Shown one piece after another: positions 33,331 through 38,052 of a stretch of 38,052 bases of DNA. This DNA is from Chiloscyllium plagiosum (Eukaryota). Within the stretch, counting starts at the first letter, position 1. Every line of letters begins with the position of its first letter. The DNA is taken from the NCBI RefSeq assembly GCF_004010195.1, contig NC_057718.1, positions 9,091,664 through 9,129,715 on the forward strand. The letters run 5' to 3'. The position numbers were made by a program, and so were the translations under genes. Under the pieces are notes generated by a model, which searched no databases, was not told the origin of the DNA, and was given only the letters and a program-made list of their open reading frames with translations.

Positions 33331-33660
33331 TTTTTTTTTTAAAAATCCATTCACAGAATGTGGGCAATGTTGGCTATGCCACCATTTATTGCCCATCCCT
33401 AATTGCCCAGAGGCTAGTTGAGAGTCAACCAATTGCTGTGGGTCTGGAGTCACATGACAGTTTCCTTCCCAAAAGGACAGTAGTGAACCAGATGGATTTT
33501 TCCTGACAATCAGCAATGGATTTATGGTCCATTGGATCCTTTATTCCAAATGTTTTATTGAATTCAATTCATGGCAGGATTTGAGCCCAGGTCCCCAGAA
33601 CATTACCTGTGTTGCTAGATTAACAATCCAACAACAATACCACTAGGTTATCACCTCCCC
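33331..33660 (-). mobile_element. SINE family B
   Basis: Homologous to 2657-3000. Confidence 0.85.
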
Positions 33661-34174
33661 TTGAAATCTATCCTTCTCCAGATGTCTCCCCTTCCTTGGT
33701 GGCCACCCTCAACACTCTTGACCCACCCACTGCCTCGGTACCATGAGGTTGCTCGTTCAACATCCAGTCACAGAAGCATGCAGCAGAGAAGAGACCCTTC
33801 AGCCCATCGGGTTCACACCAGCAGCCCTGGATCAGCCACCATTTCCACCATTGAAGAGATGGGGAAACCAATTAGCCATCATTTTCTGTCAGGTGTGGTT
33901 AAATGGTTCTGAGTGGTGCCTCTATGCCATGTCCATTTCTGATGTGAATCCAGGCCATCAGTGTCAGTAGCCACAAACTGATCTTATTCAAAAGCCTAAG
34001 ATGTGAGAGGTGCCCTAACCAGACAAGAGAAGACAATCCAACCAGTATTCTGCACTGGATCATTAAACAGGTCAGTTCTCATCATATGTTTCCCCATGAC
34101 GACCAATGGCATTGTTTTCTGAGATCAGAATACCTTGTGTGCAGTAATGTAGCAAATGGTCAACCTCCTAGTTT

Positions 34175-34335
34175 GTTTTACTCTTGTATGGATGTCACTG
34201 GCAAGGCAGCCATTTGTCATTCATCCCTCATTGTCCATGAACAGGGCGGCTGTCCGGCTATTTCAGGGGGCACAGAAGAGTCAATCACATGACCACGGTC
34301 TGGAAACACCAGGAGGACAAACTGGGTAAGGACAG
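34175..34335 (-). mobile_element. SINE family B tail fragment
   Basis: gatgtcactggcaaggcagccattt...agagtcaatcacat. Confidence 0.55.
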
Positions 34336-34404
34336 CCCTGGGATGGAGCACCCCAGCTGTGAAGAGAGGCTGGGTAAGGTTGGGGCAGGGAAGGATAGGG
34401 CAGG

Positions 34405-34875
34405 GGGGGAGCTGTTTGAGGGCTAGAAGATTATCGGGGGCATGTTCAGGGGTGAATAGAAAGCAGTTGTCACCCTTAGTCAAAGGGTCAATAACAAGGC
34501 GGGAGTGGTGGATAAGTTTAAAGTGAAAGGAAGGAGGTTGAGAGGGAGGAAAGACTTTTAAACCCAGAGAGAGTTGGGAGTCTCAGAATGCACTACCTGG
34601 GAGGGTAGTTGAGGCAAGAAACCAAACAGCCTTAAAAGAGTACTTGGATGAATGTTCAAGGCTATGAGTCAAGTGAGGGAAAATGGGTCTAGTGTCGGTA
34701 GAAATATATATTATGATTCTATGAATTCTGTCTGCTAATAGGACAATCCCACCCATCCAATCTCCATAATGTTCAAGGACGTGGGCTTACTCCAGAAAAG
34801 TAGTAGGTAGAAGTATATTTTTGGCAGCAATGACTTGATGGACCGAAAGGCCTCGTCCATACTGCATGGTTTGAT
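34405..34875 (+). mobile_element. Old CR1 3' fragment
   Basis: gggtcaataacaagg...aagtttaaagtga...gaatgcactacctggg...gatggaccgaaaggcct. Confidence 0.65.
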
Positions 34876-35219
34876 GTGTCTAAGGAAAATGAGATGGGTC
34901 CTTACGACAATAGACAGCAGTTACATAGCCACCTTTAGACCAACTTTTAATTGAACCTTGTTTTATTGAAGTCAGCTCTCACTAACTGCCATGATGGGAG
35001 TCCAAACCCATATCCAGTGATCCATTAGCCCAGTGCTGTGAACGCTAGCCTAGTGACATTGGCACTCTGCCACCACTTCTCCTTGACCGAGGCAGTTCCC
35101 ATGGCTCTAGATTCCCCAGCCAGGGGAAACATCCAATCAACATCCACCCCCTTCCATTGAAGGCAGCTCAGAGATGCTTCACCAGCACCATCCCTGGTCT
35201 TACGAAGAAAGGCTAAACA

Positions 35220-35518
35220 GGGACGGCATGGTGGCTCAGTGGTTAGCACTGCTGCCTCACAGTGCCAGGGACCCAGGTTCAATGTCTGTGTGGAGTTTGC
35301 AAATTCTCCCCGCGTCTGTGTGGGTTTCCTTCGGGTGCTCCGGTTTCCTCCCACAGTCCACAGATGTGCAGAGCAGGTGAATTGGCCACGCTAAATTGCC
35401 CATAGTGTTAGGTGCATTAGTCAGAGGGATTGGGTCTGGGTGGGTTACTCTTCGAAGGGTCGGTGTGGACTTGTTGGGCCAAAGGGCCTGTTTCCACACT
35501 GTAGGGAAATCTAATCTA
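35220..35518 (+). mobile_element. HE1-type V-SINE
   Basis: ggtggctcagtggttagcactgctgcctcacag...aatctaatct. Confidence 0.92.
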
Positions 35519-35651
35519 GGTTGGGACTCTACCCACCGGAGTTTAGAAGGAGAGGTGATCTCATTGAAATACAAAAGATTCTTAAGGGGCTTGACAGAGG
35601 AAATGCTGAGAGGGTGTTCCCCTCAAGGGAGATTCTAGGTCTAGGATAAAG

Positions 35652-35978
35652 CGTTGCTGAGAGAGTGGTGCTGGAAAGACACAGCAGGGCAGGCAGCATC
35701 CGAGGAGCAGGAGAGTCGACGTTTCGGGCATAAGCCCTTCATCAGACAAATGGGAGGTGGGTGGGGCTAGAGGGAAGGTAGCTGGAGAGCGCGATAGACA
35801 GATGGAGGTAGAAGTGAAGGTGATAGGTTGGAGAGGAGGGAGGAGCGAATAGGTGGGAAGGAAGCTGGACAGGTAGGACCATTCAGTAGGCTGGTGCTGA
35901 GTTGGTAGGTAGGATCTGGGATAAGGTGGAGAGAGGGGAACTGAGGAAACTGGTAAAATCCACATTGATCACTTTCTC
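35652..35978 (-). mobile_element. Penelope 3' terminus family B with a hammerhead core at 35715-35747
   Basis: Minus strand CUGAUGA-A-GGGC uuau GCCC-GAA-ACGU-C; possible TSD ctaggataaag/ctagaataaag. Confidence 0.8.
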
Positions 35979-36190
35979 CTAGAATAAAGGAAAGCCAATT
36001 TAAGACTGAGATGAAGAGGAATTTCTTCTGTCAGAGAGTGGTCCGTCTTTGGAACTCCTTACCACAGAGAGCTCTGCAGGCAGAGTCTTTGGGTATATTT
36101 AAGGCTGAGATAGAGAGATTCTGGATCTTCAATCGGCATCAGGAAATCAGAGGTTATGGGGAATGGACAGGAAGGTGGGTGTGAGGAATG

Positions 36191-36290
36191 AGTTAAAAAT
36201 CATGCAACACCAGATTATAGGCCAACAGGTTTATTTGGAAGTACAAGCTTTCAGAGCGCTGCTCCATCATCAGGTAGCTGGTATCAGTCA
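36191..36290 (-). mobile_element. 100-bp family A Penelope terminus, hammerhead at 36242-36276
   Basis: 13-bp TSD ggtgtgaggaatg (36178-36190, 36291-36303). Confidence 0.85.
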
Positions 36291-36399
36291 GGTGTGAGGA
36301 ATGTCAGATCCGCCATGATTCGATTGAATTTGGAAGCAAGCTTGAGGGACTGAATAGCCTCCTCCTGTTCCTGATTCTGATGGTTTTATGGTCTTTTGC

Positions 36400-36998
36400 A
36401 CTCTGTAACAATTTTGCAAGTTTGGATAAGGTCCAATCAGTAAATTTTAAATTGATAATCGCTGGTTTATATCTTATTCTGAAGCAAGCGACTGTGATTT
36501 TAAATGCAGAATGAGTGAAACAAACTTTGGCCTCGATAGTTTATCAGATAGACCTGAACTTTCACATCAAAGGGGAAATCCTATTGTATTGCTGGGATAA
36601 TGGTCAGAGAGAGTCACACCTAAGGATAATAGAGACCCTTCTGAATATCTCTCCAGGAGACCGTCTGTCTGCAGCATCTTGGGTTCAAAGGTTTCCCCAG
36701 ATCAAAGAGAAACTTGAAGACACATTTGGTTTGATTCTGTGAGAACTGAATATCCTCCAGAGACCGTAATGTTAAGGGGAGTTTTTAGTTGAAAATAAAA
36801 GTAGAATGGGGAGGTTTCTATTTGGGATTTTGGTAGAAAACATATTTGCTCACAGGATGGTGTTAAATTTGCAGTGTTTGTTCGCTTCCTTTTAGTAGTT
36901 AAAAGTTTCCCTTTTTAAAATGTGAAATCTTCTTGCGTATACTTCCCAATTAATAACTGGGAACTTAAATTTCCTGGCTATATGAAGGTTGTCATAAT
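36400..36998 (+). mobile_element. Possible decayed solo LTR
   Basis: Composition resembles the other LTRs, ccaatcag box, ends gtcataat; no clear TSD. Confidence 0.3.
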
Positions 36999-37032
36999 TT
37001 AGGTGGAATCTTCCAGCACCTGATCAGCATAT

Positions 37033-37495
37033 TGGAGGGCACAGTGGTTAGCACTGCTGCCTCACAGCACCAAGGACCTGGGGCTGTTTTCCTCAGAGCA
37101 TAGGAAGTAGAGGGATAACTTAATACAGGTTTATAAAATTATGAAGGACATGGATAAAGTGAATAGCCAAAGTCTTTTCCCTCGGGTATGGGTGTTTAAA
37201 ATGAGAGGGTGTAATTTTAAGGTGAGAGGGGAAAGGTTTAAAAGGGACCTGAGGGGCAACTTTTTCACACAGAGGGTGGATTGTATCTGGAATGAACTGC
37301 CAGAGGAAACCATCAATGCAGGTACACTTACAATGTTTAATAGATGTTTGGGCAGGTACATGAATGGGAAAGGTTTAAAGGGATGTTGGCCAAACGCTGG
37401 TGAATGGGACTAGATTAGTTTGGGAAAGTTGGTCAGCATGGACAAGTTGGACCAAAGGATCTGTTTCCATGCTGTCTGACTCTACAACTCTGTAA
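37033..37495 (+). mobile_element. HE1 SINE head fused to a CR1 3' fragment
   Basis: cagtggttagcactgctgcctcacagcaccaaggacctggg joined to gctgttttcc...WNELPEE... Confidence 0.8.
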
Positions 37496-37837
37496 CATCT
37501 CTATCTTACCTTGCCTTTTTACATTCTGCCCACTCAGACAGAGCTTAAAAAAGTGCTGTCCAGGGAAGAAAGGATGAGTAGGATGTTATGGAGATGCAGT
37601 GGTAATGGAACAACTGTGAGAAATCTCACAAGTGCTCACAGAGATCCATCTGCATGAAAATCACTACAATTAACACTTAATCGATTTCTGTTAAAACTCT
37701 ACCCCTTGAGTACACTATTGGCTCCAATAGCAAGACTCTTGAATATCGGAGTGTGTAACTTATCACAGGCTGGACTAGTCTATTGGATGAAGTGCACTTC
37801 TACCTCAATGTCGGAGTCCTTGCATTTCCCAGATAGA

Positions 37838-38052
37838 TTCATAGAGTCATAGAGATATACAGCATGAAAACAGAGCCTTCGGTCCAACCAATCCATGCCA
37901 ACCAGATATCCCAACCCAATCTAGTCCCACCTGCCAGCACCCGGCCCATATCCCTCCAAACCCTTTCTATTCATATGCGCATCCAAATGCCTCTTAAATG
38001 TTGCAATTGTACCAGCCTCCACCACTTCCTCTGGCAGCTCATTCCATACACG
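37838..38052 (-). mobile_element. CR1 3' end (runs off the window)
   Basis: (catagagt)n tail; reverse complement of 29360-29580. Confidence 0.92.

Larger units (their letters stand above)
35190..36395 (+). mobile_element. CR1 3' fragment hosting three insertions (HE1 SINE, PLE family B, PLE family A)
   Basis: SYEERLNR | LGLY..RGDLIE..; RRNFFCQRVVRLWNSLP; homologous to 1115-1635. Confidence 0.8.

Noticed and set aside
35220..35290. tRNA gene-like heads (also at 2930-3000, 31960-32030 and others)
   Set aside because: They continue into SINE bodies and lack a complete cloverleaf
15697..36290. Recurrent palindromic repeats as a CRISPR array or DNA-transposon MITEs
   Set aside because: They are dispersed, with no spacer periodicity, in a vertebrate context. 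Asymmetric arms, variable 9-14 bp TSDs and hammerhead cores fit Penelope-type retroelements

Overview
This is repeat-dense vertebrate non-coding DNA, almost certainly from a cartilaginous fish: it carries HE1-type V-SINEs, CR1/HER1-like LINEs, Deu-domain SINE relics and shark-type Penelope termini, and is probably from a carpet/bamboo shark. No confident host protein-coding gene was found. Nearly all long ORFs are decayed LINE reverse-transcriptase fragments, microsatellite read-through or N-gap artefacts. The window holds CR1, L2, Rex1 and RTE LINE fragments, at least four tRNA-derived SINE families, solo LTRs, one TA-flanked Tc1/mariner(pogo)-like MITE and a 249-N gap. The most notable signal is about 15 short Penelope-like (PLE) terminal-repeat insertions in three sequence families. 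They carry minimal type-I hammerhead ribozyme motifs (CUGANGA-A-stemII-GAA-palindrome-H) with covarying stems. Many are self-contained hairpins with a ribozyme on each strand, a 34-44 nt unpaired tail and 9-14 bp target-site duplications. Also noted: a five-level nested insertion, SINE/LINE tail sharing, a SINE-head/LINE chimera, several enhancer-like unique islands (two with MEF2 + E-box + Meis motifs) and two weak exon candidates. Family names come from recognised motifs, not database searches, and most repeat boundaries are approximate.
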